Part shown: in pieces, positions 9,474 to 20,641 of the stretch
Layout: each line of letters opens with the position of its first letter
Numbering within the stretch: the stretch's first letter is position 1
DNA from: an uncultured delta proteobacterium
GTDB lineage: Bacteria > Desulfobacterota > Binatia > JACPRU01
Assembly (NCBI GenBank): GCA_963745025.1
Contig: CAVUWD010000020.1
Coordinates: 207,527-271,526, forward strand
Length of the DNA: 64,000 nucleotides
Reading direction: 5' to 3'
Notes under the pieces: model-generated
Told to the model about the DNA's origin: nothing
What the model saw: the letters and a program-made list of their open reading frames with translations, nothing else
Databases searched by the model: none
Translations under genes and position numbers: made by a program

Positions 9474-12400
9474 TCAGATCGACGCCGATTTCGCCGCGTC
9501 GCTGTCCAGGTGCTGCGCCGCCAAGATCTTCCGGTACTCGAGCGGCATCACCTTGACGAATTTCTTGGCGTTCTCCTTCCAGCCCGACAGCACCCGCCAG
9601 GCGACCTGGCTCCCCGTGAGATCGTAATGTCTGCGCACCAGGTCGTGGACGGTCTTCAGATCCCCGTCGTCGAGCGGCTCGAGCCCGACCATTCCCTTGT
9701 TGCAGTTTCGTCCGAAGTGACCGTCGGCGTCGAGCACGTAGGCGACGCCACCGCTCATACCGGCGGCGAAGTTGCGCCCCGTCTTGCCGAGGACGACGAC
9801 GAGCCCCTTGGTCATGTATTCGCAGCCGTGATCGCCGACACCCTCGACGACCGCCGTGGCGCCGCTGTTGCGCACCGCGAAACGCTCGCCGGCCAGCCCG
9901 TGCAGGAACACTTCGCCGCCCGTTGCGCCGTAGAGGGACACGTTGCCGACGATGGAATTGTCTTCGGGGACGAACGTCGACTCGCGCGGTGGCACGACCA
10001 CGATGCGGCCGGCCGACATGCCCTTGGCGAAGTAGTCGTTGGCATCGCCCTCGAGCCGAATCGAGATGCCCGACGCCAAGAACGCGGCGAAGCTCTGGCC
10101 CGCCGAGCCCGCGAAGTGGATCTGGATCGTGTCGGGCGGTAGTCCCTCCGCCCCGTAGCGCCGGGAGATCTCCGCGGAGAGCATCGTCGCGACGGTGCGA
10201 TTGACGTTACGGATCGGGAGCTCGATCCTCGACCGGCTCTCGACGCTCCAACGCCGGGCGTGCGAGCTCGATCAGCTGGTTGTCGAGCGCCTCGTCGAGG
10301 CCGTGGTCCTGGGCCTCGACGCAATGGATCGGCACGTCGGGCGAGACGTCGGGCTTGTGCAGGATCGGAGTCAGATCGAGGCCCTTGGCCTTCCAGTGCT
10401 CGATCGCGTCGCGGGGCTCTAGCATGTCGACCCGGCCGACCATCTCGTCGACGGTCGCGGAAGCCGAGCTCGGCCATGATCTCGCGGAGTTCCTCGGCGA
10501 CGAACATCATGAAGTTGACGACGTGCTCGGGCTTGCCCTCGAACTTCTTGCGCAGCACCGGATCCTGGGTGGCGATGCCGACCGGACAGGTGTTGAGGTG
10601 GCAGACGCGCATCATGATGCAGCCCGAGGCCACCAGCGCAGCGCTCGCGAAGCCGAACTCCTCGGCGCCGAGCAGCGCCGCGATCGCGACGTCGCGCCCG
10701 GTCTTCAGCTGCCCGTCGGTCTCGACGCGAATGCGCCCGCGCAGGTTGTTGATCACCAGCACCTGCTGCGTCTCGGCGAGGCCGAGCTCCCACGGCGTGC
10801 CGGCGTGCTTGATGCGAGGTGAGCGGCGATGCGCCCGTGCCACCCTCGTAGCCGCTGATCAACACCACGTCGGCCTTGGCCTTGCAGACACCCGCGGCCA
10901 CGGTGCCGACGCCGATCTCGCTCACCAGCTTGACGCTGACGCGCGCCCGGTTGTTGGCGTTCTTCAGGTCGTGGATCAGCTGGGCGAGGTCCTCGATCGA
11001 ATAGATGTCGTGGTGCGGCGGTGGCGAGATCAGGCCGACGCCGGGAGTCGAGTAGCGGATCTTGGCGATGTACTCGTCGACCTTGTGGCCCGGCAGCTGG
11101 CCGCCCTCGCCGGGCTTGGCGCCCTGCGCGATCTTGATCTGCAGCTCGTCGGCGTTGACCAGATAGTAGGAGGTGACGCCGAATCGACCCGAAGCCACCT
11201 GCTTGATGGCGCTGCGGCGCAGATCACCGTTGTCGTCGGGGAGGTAGCGTGCCGAATCCTCGCCGCCCTCACCGGTGTTCGACTTGCCGCCGATGCGATT
11301 CATGGCGATCGCCAGGTTCTCGTGCGCTTCGCGGCTGATCGAGCCGAGCGACATCGCACCGGTCTTGAAGCGCTTGACGATCTCGGCAGCCGGCTCCACT
11401 GCTTCGATCGGAATCGGGATGCCGGGCTTGAACTTGAGGAGCCCGCGCAGCGTGCAGAGCTTCTCGCTGTGGTCGTTCGCCAGTGCGGAGTACTGCTTGA
11501 AAAGCTTGTAGCTCCCGCCACGCACCGAGTGCTGGAGCTTGGCGATCGTCTCGGGGTTGTACGCGTGGTACTCGCCTCGCCGCCGCCATTGATACTGGCC
11601 ACCCGGGTCGAGCTCGCCGTCGAGCGACGGCGACACGCGATACGCGTAGTCGTGCCGCGCCTTGACCTCGGCGGCGATCGCGTCGAGGCCGATGCCCTCG
11701 ATCTGTGACGCGGTCCAGGTGAAGTACTTGTCGATCAGTTCTCGGCAGAGTCCCACCGCTTCGAAGATCTGCGCGCCGTGGTAGCTCTGCAGCGTCGAGA
11801 TCCCCATCTTGGACATCACCTTGAGCAGGCCCTTGCCGATCGCCTTGCGGTAGTGCTCGACGGCTTCGTCGGCGGTGACACCCTTGATCACGCCTTCCTC
11901 GACCATGCCCGCCACGGTTTCGTAAGCGAGATAGGGATTGAAGGCACCGGCGCCGTAGCCGACGAGCAGCGCGAAATGGTGAATCTCCCGCGGCTCGCCG
12001 CTCTCGACGATGATGCCGCACTTCGTGCGCGTTCCCTCGCGGATCAAATGGTGGTGCACGGCCGCCACGGCGAGCAGCGAGGGGATCGGCGCATGCTCGT
12101 CGTCGACGCCGCGGTCGGACAGGACGAGGATCGTCGCTCCCGCGGTGATCGCGTCGGAGGCGTTCTGGCAGAGATCGTCGAGCGCTCTGCGGAGCGCGTC
12201 GGCGCCACCTCCGCAGTGGAAGAGCGAGGAGAGCGTGATGGTGCGCAGACCCTCCTGATCGAGCTCCTTGATGCGCTCGAGCTCGTCGTTGCTGAGCGCG
12301 GGCGTCTTCACCTCGAGCTGCCGGCAGTGAAGCGGCGTCTCGTCGAAGAGGTTCTGCTCGGCACCGATCGTCGTCGCGATCGACATCACGAGCTCTTCGC

Positions 12401-14006
12401 GAAGCGGATCGATCGCGGGGTTGGTGACTTGTGCGAAGAGCTGTTTGAAATAGGCGAACAGCAGCTGCGGCCGGTCGGAGAGCACGGCGGGAGGCGTGTC
12501 GGTGCCCATCGAGCCGACGGCCTCCTGACCGTTGATCGCCATCGGCGCCATCAGCATCCTCAGGTCTTCGATCGTGTAGCCGAAGGCCTGCTGCTGCTCG
12601 AGGAGCGTCGCTCTGTCGAATGGCTCCGGGAGCGACGTCGTGGGTGGAAGGCCCCCGAGCTTGACGATGTTCGCGTCGAGCCACTGGCGGTAGGGCCTGC
12701 GCGCGGCCATCCCTTCCTTGATCTCCTCGTCGCCGACGATGCGACCGAGGCTCGTGTCCACCAGGAACATGCGCCCCGGCTGCAAGCGTCCCTTGGCCTC
12801 CACGCGCTCCGGCGGGATGTCGAGCACGCCCACCTCCGAAGCCATGACCACGAGCCCGTCCTTGGTGACGACGTAGCGCGAGGGACGAAGGCCGTTGCGA
12901 TCGAGCACCGCGCCGATGCGCACGCCATCGGTGAAGGCAATCGACGCCGGGCCATCCCACGGCTCCATCAAGCACGAGTGGTACTCGTAGAAGGCGCGCT
13001 TGGTCTCGCTCATCGTCTCGTGGTTCTGCCACGCCTCGGGAATCATCATCATGACGGCGTGGGCGATCGAGCGGCCGGTGAGGGTCAGAAGCTCGAGCGC
13101 GTTGTCGAACTTCGCCGAGTCGCTGCCGCGGGGATTGATGATCGGCCGGATCTTCTCGATGTCCTCGCCGAACAGTGCCGACTGAAACATCTTCTCCCGG
13201 GCGTGCATCCAGTTCTCGTTGCCGCGCAGCGTGTTGATCTCACCGTTGTGCGCGAGAAACCGGTACGGGTGGGCGCGATCCCACGAGGGGAGGGTGTTCG
13301 TGGAGAAGCGCTGGTGGACGAGCGCCAGTGCCGAGTCCATGGCCGGGTCGCGTAGATCTTGGTAGAAGCGCGGGATCTGCCACGAGATCAGCAGTCCCTT
13401 GTACACGATCGTACGGCTCGAGAGGCTCGCGACGTGGAAGCTCTCCGAATCGGGCAGACGCGAAGCGGCCACGCGATTCTCCACGACCTTGCGCACGACG
13501 TAGAGCTTGCGCTCGAGCGTCGCCTGGTCCTTCACGCGACGGCCATCGCGCCCGATGAAGATCTGGCGGATCTCGGGCATCACGGCGCGCGCCTGCGGGC
13601 CGCACTCGGCGGGATCGATCGGCACATGGCGCCAGGCGATGAGCTTGAGCCCCGCTTGGCGAGTCGCGCTCTCGAAGATCTCCAGACACTCGTTTCGCTG
13701 GTTCGTCTCACGCGGCAAGAACACCGTGCCGACGCCGTACTCGCCGGGCTCGGGAAGACGGTGCTTCTGCGCCGCGAGTTCCTTCTTGAAGAACGCGTGC
13801 GGGATCTGCAGCAGGATGCCCGCGCCATCGCCGGTCAGCGGATCACATCCACAGGCGCCACGATGCTCGAGGTTGGCGAGAATGGTCAGACCCTTGTCGA
13901 CGATGTCGCGCGACTTCACGCCGCGCACGTTGACGACGAAGCCGACTCCGCAGGCATCGTGCTCGAAGCGCGGGTCGTAGAGTCCTTGGGGACGGAGGAG
14001 CGTCAT
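9474..14006 (-). CDS. gltB: Glutamate synthase large subunit, split by three apparent frameshifts (about 10815, 10458, 10228; probably assembly errors)
   Basis: HDACGVGF N-terminus, [44 protein letters not shown]; pieces are collinear across four ORFs. Confidence 0.93.
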
Positions 14007-14575
14007 GAGGCGACCCTCGTTCGCGGGGCGCCGTTCCGCCGCGCCTTCTTTTCGACGGTTGGCGGCTCGGCGCCGATCGGTGGGGCAGGCAACTTCGGGA
14101 GCTTCAGTTGCGACCGTTCGGTGTTCGTGGAGAGCACGACCATCGTCTCGGTCTTCTCGACGCCGTCGATCGAGCGTAACCGACTGATCAACGCCTCGAG
14201 CGAGGACGTGTTCGCGGTCTTGATCTTGAGGAGGAGAGTGTAAGCGCCCGTCACGTGATGACACTCGAGAACGTCCTCGATCGCCTGCACCTCGCTCTCG
14301 AAGCGCTCGATGAGACGCGGGTGACTGACGTAGACGCCGATGAAGGCGGTGATGTCCATGCCGAGCCGGCGCGCATCGAGGATCGCGTGGTAGCCGCGAA
14401 TGACGCCGCCGTCCTCGAGTTTTTTCACGCGCTCGATCACCGACGGCGCCGACAGTCCGACCTGCTCGCCGATCTTTGCGAGCGACGTGCGGCAGTTGTC
14501 CTGCAAGATGGCGAGAATACCGAGGTCGATCTCATCGAGCTCGAAGGGCTCGAATGGGTCGCTACCTAATTTCAT
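14003..14575 (-). CDS. Lrp/AsnC family transcriptional regulator
   Basis: LDEIDLGIL...[25 protein letters not shown]; stop overlaps gltB ATG. Confidence 0.93.
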   Translation of the reverse strand: MKLGSDPFEPFELDEIDLGILAILQDNCRTSLAKIGEQVGLSAPSVIERVKKLEDGGVIRGYHAILDARRLGMDITAFIGVYVSHPRLIERFESEVQAIEDVLECHHVTGAYTLLLKIKTANTSSLEALISRLRSIDGVEKTETMVVLSTNTERSQLKLPKLPAPPIGAEPPTVEKKARRNGAPRTRVAS

Positions 14576-14599
14576 AAGGCAAAAACCTCAAACCACCGA

Positions 14600-14661
14600 A
14601 TAGATAGTAAAAAAATCGGTCAGCCGTCAAGCTTTGTTAGGGGATTTGTGTTAGGGGATTT
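14600..14661 (-). promoter_or_regulatory. Putative promoter/operator of lrp-gltBD
   Basis: AT-rich segment; TTGACG and TACTAT-like hexamers on minus strand (spacing 15 across a homopolymer); direct repeat TGTTAGGGGATTT at 14635 and 14649. Confidence 0.4.
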
Positions 14662-14690
14662 TGCATTGCCGGTAGTCGGAAGCCGGTAGC

Positions 14691-15809
14691 CTATTTTCCA
14701 TAGGTGATCCGATACACCCCTCCGGCCTGATCGTCGGAGACGAGGAGCGCGCCGTCGGATGCGACGAGCACGTCGACCGGTCTGCCCCACGCCCGCCCAT
14801 TCGGCTCGAGCCATCCTTCGGCGAAGCTCTCGAGCCGCTTCTCGCCCTGCTCGCCGGGGCGCGCGACGACGACTCGATAACCGATCGGCTTGCTGCGGTT
14901 CCACGACCCGTGTTCCGCGACGAAGATCTGGTTCCGATATTCGTCGGGGAACATCTTGCCGGTGTAGAATCGCATGCCGAGCGCGGCGACGTGTGCCCCG
15001 AGGCCGAGCTCCGGGGGCGTGTACTTCGCGCACTCGTGTCCCGGACCGAACTGCGGGTCGGCGACGTCCTTCGCGTGGCAGTATGGAAACCCGAAGTGCA
15101 TGCCGGCCCGCGGCGCGTGGTCGAGCTCGTCGTCGGGGACGTCGTCGCCCATGTTGTCGCGGCCGTTGTCGGTGAACCAGAGCTCCTTCGTCTTCGGATC
15201 CCAGTCGAAGCCGACGCTGTTGCGCACGCCGCTCGCGAAGACTTCCATGCCGGTTCCGTCGCTCTTCAGGCGTGTGATCGACGCGTACGGGGGATCGCGT
15301 AGGCAGACGTTGCAGGGGGCGCCCACGGGCACGTAGAGGAGCCCGTCGGGGCCGAAGGCGATGAACTTCCAGCCGTGCCAGGCATCGTGCGGATAGCCGT
15401 CGTAGAGAACGATCGGTTTCGGCGGATGCTCGAGGCGATTCTCGATGTCGTCGTAGCGGAGGATTTGCCACGCGTCGGCGACGTAGAGCGCTCCGTCTCG
15501 GAATGCGACGCCGTTCGGCGAGACGAGGCCCGAAGCAATGATCAACCCGTCGTCGCCGACGCCGTCGCGGTTGCGATCGACGATCGCATAGACGACGCCC
15601 GCGCGCTGGGTGCCGACGAAGAGCGTGCCATTCTTTCCGATCGCCATCTCGCGAGCGTTTGCCGCGCCGCCCGCGAAGAGGTTGATGCGGAAGCCGGCCG
15701 GCAGTTCGATCTTGTCGAGCGGATAGCGCTCGTTCGCCGGCTCGGCCCGTGCGACGAGCGGAAGGAGGAAGACGGCCGAGAGGGCGAGCAGGGTTCGACG
15801 CCAGAACAT
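14691..15809 (-). CDS. Secreted glucose/sorbosone dehydrogenase family (PQQ-type beta-propeller) protein
   Basis: Signal peptide, FGPDGLLYV, GVRNSVGFDW, HGSWNR, GRPVDV. Confidence 0.9.
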   Translation of the reverse strand: MFWRRTLLALSAVFLLPLVARAEPANERYPLDKIELPAGFRINLFAGGAANAREMAIGKNGTLFVGTQRAGVVYAIVDRNRDGVGDDGLIIASGLVSPNGVAFRDGALYVADAWQILRYDDIENRLEHPPKPIVLYDGYPHDAWHGWKFIAFGPDGLLYVPVGAPCNVCLRDPPYASITRLKSDGTGMEVFASGVRNSVGFDWDPKTKELWFTDNGRDNMGDDVPDDELDHAPRAGMHFGFPYCHAKDVADPQFGPGHECAKYTPPELGLGAHVAALGMRFYTGKMFPDEYRNQIFVAEHGSWNRSKPIGYRVVVARPGEQGEKRLESFAEGWLEPNGRAWGRPVDVLVASDGALLVSDDQAGGVYRITYGK

Positions 15810-15894
15810 GCGGTGCTTATCTGCTCACGGCTCCCCGCTGTCGGCGATCGGCACCCGTCTTTGCCGAAAAGCGATCGCCGAGAGCGGATCGCCG

Positions 15895-16293
15895 CTATTT
15901 CTTCTTGTCGAGCTCCAGCGCCAGCGAGTTGATGCAGTAGCGCAGATGCGTCGGCGCGGGCCCGTCCTCGAAGACGTGGCCGAGATGCGCGTCGCATCGG
16001 GCGCAGAGCGCCTCGACGCGGTGCATCCCATGGCTCTGGTCGAGCTCGGTCGCGACCGCATCTTCGCCCACCGGTTTCCAGAAGCTCGGCCAGCCGGTGC
16101 CCGAATCGAATTTACTGTCCGAGCCGAAGAGTTCGGCCCCGCAGCAGACGCAGCGGTACGTGCCCTCCTCCTTGCAGTCGCAGTACTCGCCGGTGAACGC
16201 TCGCTCCGTCCCCTTCTGGCGCGTCACCGTGTATTGTTCCGGGGAGAGCTCGCGCTTCCATGCGTCCTCGGGCTTGAATACCTTGTCGCTCAT
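15895..16293 (-). CDS. msrB: Peptide-methionine (R)-S-oxide reductase
   Basis: [35 protein letters not shown]. Confidence 0.97.
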   Translation of the reverse strand: MSDKVFKPEDAWKRELSPEQYTVTRQKGTERAFTGEYCDCKEEGTYRCVCCGAELFGSDSKFDSGTGWPSFWKPVGEDAVATELDQSHGMHRVEALCARCDAHLGHVFEDGPAPTHLRYCINSLALELDKKK

Positions 16294-16314
16294 GGGTTCC
16301 CTCCTGGCTGCTTC

Positions 16315-17322
16315 CTACAGAACGAGCTCGGCCAACGTGCGCAGCGCGTTTGCGTCGCGGGTGCCGAGCAGCAACGCCTGGACGGGGCTCTCTCGCCATG
16401 CGGCGAGTCGGTCGCGGATGCGCTCGCGGGGGCCGACGAGGGAAATCTCGTCGGCCAGCGCGTCCGGCACGGCCAGAGCCGCCTCGGCTCGCTTGCCTTC
16501 GCGGAAGAGCCTCTGCACCTCCGCGGCCTCGCGCTCGAAGCCGAGGCGCGAGATGAGGTTCAAGTGGAAGTTCTTCTGCTCGGCGCCCATACCGCCGATG
16601 TAGAAGCCGAGCATCCACTTGACCGGCATCAGCGCGGCCGCGACGTCGTCGCTCACCTGAACCTGCACCATGCACGCCACGTCGAAGTCCGGCTTGGCGT
16701 TCTTCAGCGACTCGGCATAGATCGCGGGCGAACGGTACGGCGAGTAGAAGATCGGCAGCCAGCCGTCGGCGATCTCCGCGGCGAGCGCGACGTTCTTCGG
16801 TCCCTCCGCGCCGAGGTAGATCGGGATCGCGCGCCGCCTCGGCTGCATGATGAGCTTCAAAGGCTTGCCGAGGCCGCTCGCTCCGGGCCCGTCGTAGGGC
16901 AGGCGGTAGTGCTTGCCGGGGTAGGTGAGCGGCCCCTCGCGTCGCAGCATGGCGCGCACGAGCTCGACGTACTCGCGGGTCCGCGCCATCGGCCGGGCGA
17001 ACGGCTGCCCGTACCAGCCCTCGACCACTTGGGGGCCCGACACGCCGAGCCCGAGCAGCAATCGCCCGCCGGACAGATGATCGATGGTCGCCGCCGTCAT
17101 TGCCACCGAGGCCGGTGTGCGCGCGGAGATCTGCACGACCGAGGTGCCGAGCTTGATGCGTGCGGTCCGCGCGCCCATCCAGCAAAGCGGCGTGAACGCA
17201 TCGGAGCCGTAGGCCTCGGCGGTCCACACCGAGTCGTAGCCGAGCCGCTCGGCCTCGAGCACGAGCTCGATCGGGTCTTCGGGTCCCTGCATCCAGTAGC
17301 CGAGCATGAGTCCCAGCTTCAT
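16315..17322 (-). CDS. LLM-class F420-dependent oxidoreductase
   Basis: WTAEAYGSDA, LGLGVSGPQVVEGWYG, GAEGPKNV. Confidence 0.9.
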   Translation of the reverse strand: MKLGLMLGYWMQGPEDPIELVLEAERLGYDSVWTAEAYGSDAFTPLCWMGARTARIKLGTSVVQISARTPASVAMTAATIDHLSGGRLLLGLGVSGPQVVEGWYGQPFARPMARTREYVELVRAMLRREGPLTYPGKHYRLPYDGPGASGLGKPLKLIMQPRRRAIPIYLGAEGPKNVALAAEIADGWLPIFYSPYRSPAIYAESLKNAKPDFDVACMVQVQVSDDVAAALMPVKWMLGFYIGGMGAEQKNFHLNLISRLGFEREAAEVQRLFREGKRAEAALAVPDALADEISLVGPRERIRDRLAAWRESPVQALLLGTRDANALRTLAELVL

Positions 17323-17569
17323 CGTCTTGTCGCTTTACGTCATCCGGAGCGACGTTGAAAGCCGGGCTCGGGCAAGCTGCCCGAACTCCCCGAGCTCAAG
17401 AGCGCCATGTGCCGCGCAGACGGCGTGAGTGCGGCGTCGCGATGATCCGAGACGAGCAGCATCGCGCGCACGAACAGACGGCGACCTTTCGCGGCCGCCG
17501 CGGAATCGACTGCCGGCGCCGGGTCCGGAGGGCTTACTTTCGCCGAACGGAGGCGCTAGTGGCAGAGGC

Positions 17570-19105
17570 ATGGCCAACGACGACGGCGCGGCTGCCCGCC
17601 GCTTTCATCAGACCACCAAGCACTCGCGCGAATCGCTGGAGCGTGAGCCGCACGTGCTCGACTGGGAAAACCTGCCGTTGGCGTTCAAGATCTACCGCGG
17701 GCTGCCGGCCTTGGAGCTGCCGATCTCGCGCGTTCCGTCGGGGGTGTCGGCGCTCGATGCGATCACCGGCCGAACCTCGAGGGCGCGCGCCGGCGAGCTC
17801 CCCGATCGCGGCACGCTCGCCCGCCTCCTCCACTTCTCCCTTGGCATCCTGCGCCGGCGGCAGCTCGGCGACGGCCGCTGGCACGACTTCCGGGCGGCGC
17901 CTTGCACGGGGGCGCTCTACCACATCGATGCCTACCTCATCACCGCGGATCTTCTCGACCTCCCGGCGGGCGTGTACCACTTCGACCCGCACGACTCGTC
18001 GCTCCGACGACTGCGCGAAGGTGACCAACGGGCCATCGCAATTGCGGCCACGGGCGCCCACGCCGCCGTCGCCGGGGCTCCCGTCACGGTCGTGCTGGCA
18101 TCGACGTACTGGCGAAACGCCTGGAAGTATCGCCGCCGCGCGTACCGGCACGTCTTCTGGGACGGCGGCACGGTGATCGCGCAATTGCTCGCGCAAGCGA
18201 CGGCAGACGGCTGGCCGGCCGAAGTCGTGCTCGGCTTCGTCGATGGCGAGATCGAACACCTTTGCGCGCTCGACCCCGACCGCGAGGGCGTGGTTTGTCT
18301 GGTGGCGCTCGGCCAGGGCGCAGCCACGGCCCCGCCGGCGGTCCCGCCCCCGGCGGTCCGCTTCGAGACCGCCCCGCTCTCCGGGCGAGAGGTCGAGTAT
18401 CCCGAGATCCGCGACGTGCACGACCGCGGCGCCCTCGAGACTGCCGAGGAGGTCAGGCACTGGCGGTCGAGCGTGCCGTCCGCGCAAGCGCGCATGGCTC
18501 CGACCGTTGGGCCACTCATCGAGCTGCCGAAGCCCGATCCGTGGCAGGATCCGCTCGAGACGGTGATCGCTCGGCGGGGGTCGACGCGACTCTTCCGCCG
18601 CGGCGCGATCTCGCAGGCCGCTCTCGAAGCGCTTCTCGTCTGCGCGAGCGCTCCGCTGGCGGCGGACTACCGTGCGGACAGAAATCGCTCGCTCGTCGAG
18701 CTCTACGTCATCGTCAATGCCGTCGAGGGTCTGGAAGCTGGAGCCTACCGCTGGCATCCGGAAGCGAAGGCGCTCGAGTGCCTCTGCCGTGGAGAGCGCC
18801 GCCGTGAGGCCGGCGTTCTCGCGCTCGGCCAGGCGCTCGGCGCCGATGCCGCGGTCGACGTCTACGCCATCGCCGATCTCGATCGCGTGCTCGGAGCGCT
18901 CGGCAGCCGCGGTTACCGGGCCGCGACGCTCGACGGAGGTGTGGCGGGCGGGCGGCTCTACCTCGCCGCCTACGCGCAGCGGCTCGGCGCGACGGGTCTC
19001 ACGTTTTTCGACGACGACGTGGCATGCTTCTTCGGCCTGGACCCGGACCGGTTCGGAGTGATGTTCCTCGCGGCTGCCGGCGTTCCCCTACGCGCCGCGA
19101 CGTGA
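17570..19105 (+). CDS. SagB/ThcOx-family two-domain nitroreductase-like dehydrogenase
   Basis: HQTTKH, RAAPCTGALY, WKYRRRAYR, RRGSTR, LGATGLTFFDD. Confidence 0.85.
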   Translation: MANDDGAAARRFHQTTKHSRESLEREPHVLDWENLPLAFKIYRGLPALELPISRVPSGVSALDAITGRTSRARAGELPDRGTLARLLHFSLGILRRRQLGDGRWHDFRAAPCTGALYHIDAYLITADLLDLPAGVYHFDPHDSSLRRLREGDQRAIAIAATGAHAAVAGAPVTVVLASTYWRNAWKYRRRAYRHVFWDGGTVIAQLLAQATADGWPAEVVLGFVDGEIEHLCALDPDREGVVCLVALGQGAATAPPAVPPPAVRFETAPLSGREVEYPEIRDVHDRGALETAEEVRHWRSSVPSAQARMAPTVGPLIELPKPDPWQDPLETVIARRGSTRLFRRGAISQAALEALLVCASAPLAADYRADRNRSLVELYVIVNAVEGLEAGAYRWHPEAKALECLCRGERRREAGVLALGQALGADAAVDVYAIADLDRVLGALGSRGYRAATLDGGVAGGRLYLAAYAQRLGATGLTFFDDDVACFFGLDPDRFGVMFLAAAGVPLRAAT

Positions 19106-19279
19106 CGCCTCGGGTCGGTGAATCAGACGCAGCGTCGAGAGGGTCGCTCGGTAGCCGCCCTTCGACCCGCCGGTATCGCCGGTGCCGCGCTCCGGCGCGG
19201 ACCTGTGGTGCAGGCGCCTCCTCTCGCCGGGCGCCTGCTGAGACTCCTCAGCGGCCTTGAACGCCGCGACCGCTTCGTT

Positions 19280-20035
19280 TCAGCGGCTCTCCGCTCTCGC
19301 ATCGCGTGCGAACTGGATGAACGCGCAGAACAGGCGCTGCTGAGCCGGGTCGTCGAGCTGCATCTCGGGGTGCCATTGCACGGCGATCGCGAGCGTATGG
19401 GTTTCGTGCTCGACGGCTTCGATGATTCCGTCTTCCGCCCAGGCGACGGCCTTGAGCCCCGACGCCAGCCGGTCGATCGCTTGGTGATGCCACGAGCAGA
19501 CGGTCACCTCTGTCGAACCCAGCATGTTGGCGAGTCGACTCGCCGGTTCGACCGCCGCCTGGTGGTGTGTATGGAGACGCTCCGGCAAGCGGTGCTCCAC
19601 CGTGCTCGCGCCGAGATCGGGCAGATGTGGATGAAGGTCACCCCCGAGGGCGACGTTCAGCACCTGCATGCCGCGGCAGATGCAGAGGAGCGGAAGTTCT
19701 GGGCGGGCCAGCGCCGCTCGCGCGAGCGCGATCTCGAAGGTGTCGCGTTCTTCCGACACCCCATAAATCGCTTCGTGGCCACGGCCGCCGTAGTACTGTG
19801 GGGCTACGTCACCCCCTCCGGACAGCACGAGCGCGTCGATGCCGTCGAGTAGTCGCGCGGGATCGGGATCGCCGGGCGGCAGGATGACGGGCGATCCGCC
19901 GCCGCCGCGCACGGCGTCGACGTAGCTGGTCGGCAGCGGGTAGACCTCACGGTTGGCGATGCGGGAGTTGAAGCGAGGATAGGAAGAAATGCCGATCAGC
20001 GGACGTCGCGCCCTCACGGAGACGATTCGTAGCAT
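19280..20035 (-). CDS. Gamma-glutamyl-gamma-aminobutyrate hydrolase family (peptidase C26)
   Basis: LSGGGDV, ICRGMQVLNVALGG, HHQAI, VQWHPE; start chosen short of the ORF-track start. Confidence 0.9.
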   Translation of the reverse strand: MLRIVSVRARRPLIGISSYPRFNSRIANREVYPLPTSYVDAVRGGGGSPVILPPGDPDPARLLDGIDALVLSGGGDVAPQYYGGRGHEAIYGVSEERDTFEIALARAALARPELPLLCICRGMQVLNVALGGDLHPHLPDLGASTVEHRLPERLHTHHQAAVEPASRLANMLGSTEVTVCSWHHQAIDRLASGLKAVAWAEDGIIEAVEHETHTLAIAVQWHPEMQLDDPAQQRLFCAFIQFARDARAESR

Positions 20036-20128
20036 CTTCGGCCGGCCCAGCGAAGGCGTTTGACCTGAGCCGCTCTCTAGCCGTATCCTTGGCTCAGAAA
20101 ACATCGATGTTTTCTCTCGAGATAGCGT

Positions 20129-20641
20129 GTGAACGGCGGTTTTCCTAGCACGAGCGCCTGCCGGATCGTCAGCGTCACGCCGCGACAGATCCAGTACCGG
20201 GACGAGATCGGCCTGGTAAAGCCATCGGCCGGCGCGGCGGCGGGTCGCGGCAGCCGACGGCGCTACTCGTTTCTCGACTTGGTTCGCCTCTCGGTGGTGC
20301 GAGCCCTCATCGAGCGTGGCCTGAAGCCGCAAAACATCAGGAGGAGCCTCGCCGCGCTTCGCGACGCGTGCCCGAAGGTGCTCGACCCGCTCGCGCAGTT
20401 GAAGCTCGTGACCGACGGGGAGCGGCTCTTTCTCGTCACCGACGACCGCCGGCGGATCCTCGACGTGCTCGAACGACAGTTCGTGTTCTCGATCGCGCTC
20501 GGACCGCTCGTTCGCGAGTTGCGCGGGCGCGCGGCGCGGCTGTCCCTCGGCGCTCACGCCGCTCATCGCCCGCCTTCGGTGATGCACCGTGGCCGTCGGC
20601 GGCTCGAAGTGGAGCACGCGACGAGGCGGGCTCGGGCATGA
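20129..20641 (+). CDS. MerR-type HTH protein
   Basis: RQIQYRDEIGLVKPS..GRGSRRRYSFLDLV; stop overlaps mutS ATG. Confidence 0.8.
   Translation: MNGGFPSTSACRIVSVTPRQIQYRDEIGLVKPSAGAAAGRGSRRRYSFLDLVRLSVVRALIERGLKPQNIRRSLAALRDACPKVLDPLAQLKLVTDGERLFLVTDDRRRILDVLERQFVFSIALGPLVRELRGRAARLSLGAHAAHRPPSVMHRGRRRLEVEHATRRARA

Noticed and set aside
9474-14006. gltB as a true pseudogene or programmed frameshift
   Set aside because: Three isolated single-base shifts with intact motifs and similar breaks in glnD are better explained by assembly error.
17570-19105. RiPP (azole) biosynthetic cluster around the SagB-type gene
   Set aside because: No YcaO, E1-like protein or precursor peptide nearby; stand-alone nitroreductase-like gene.
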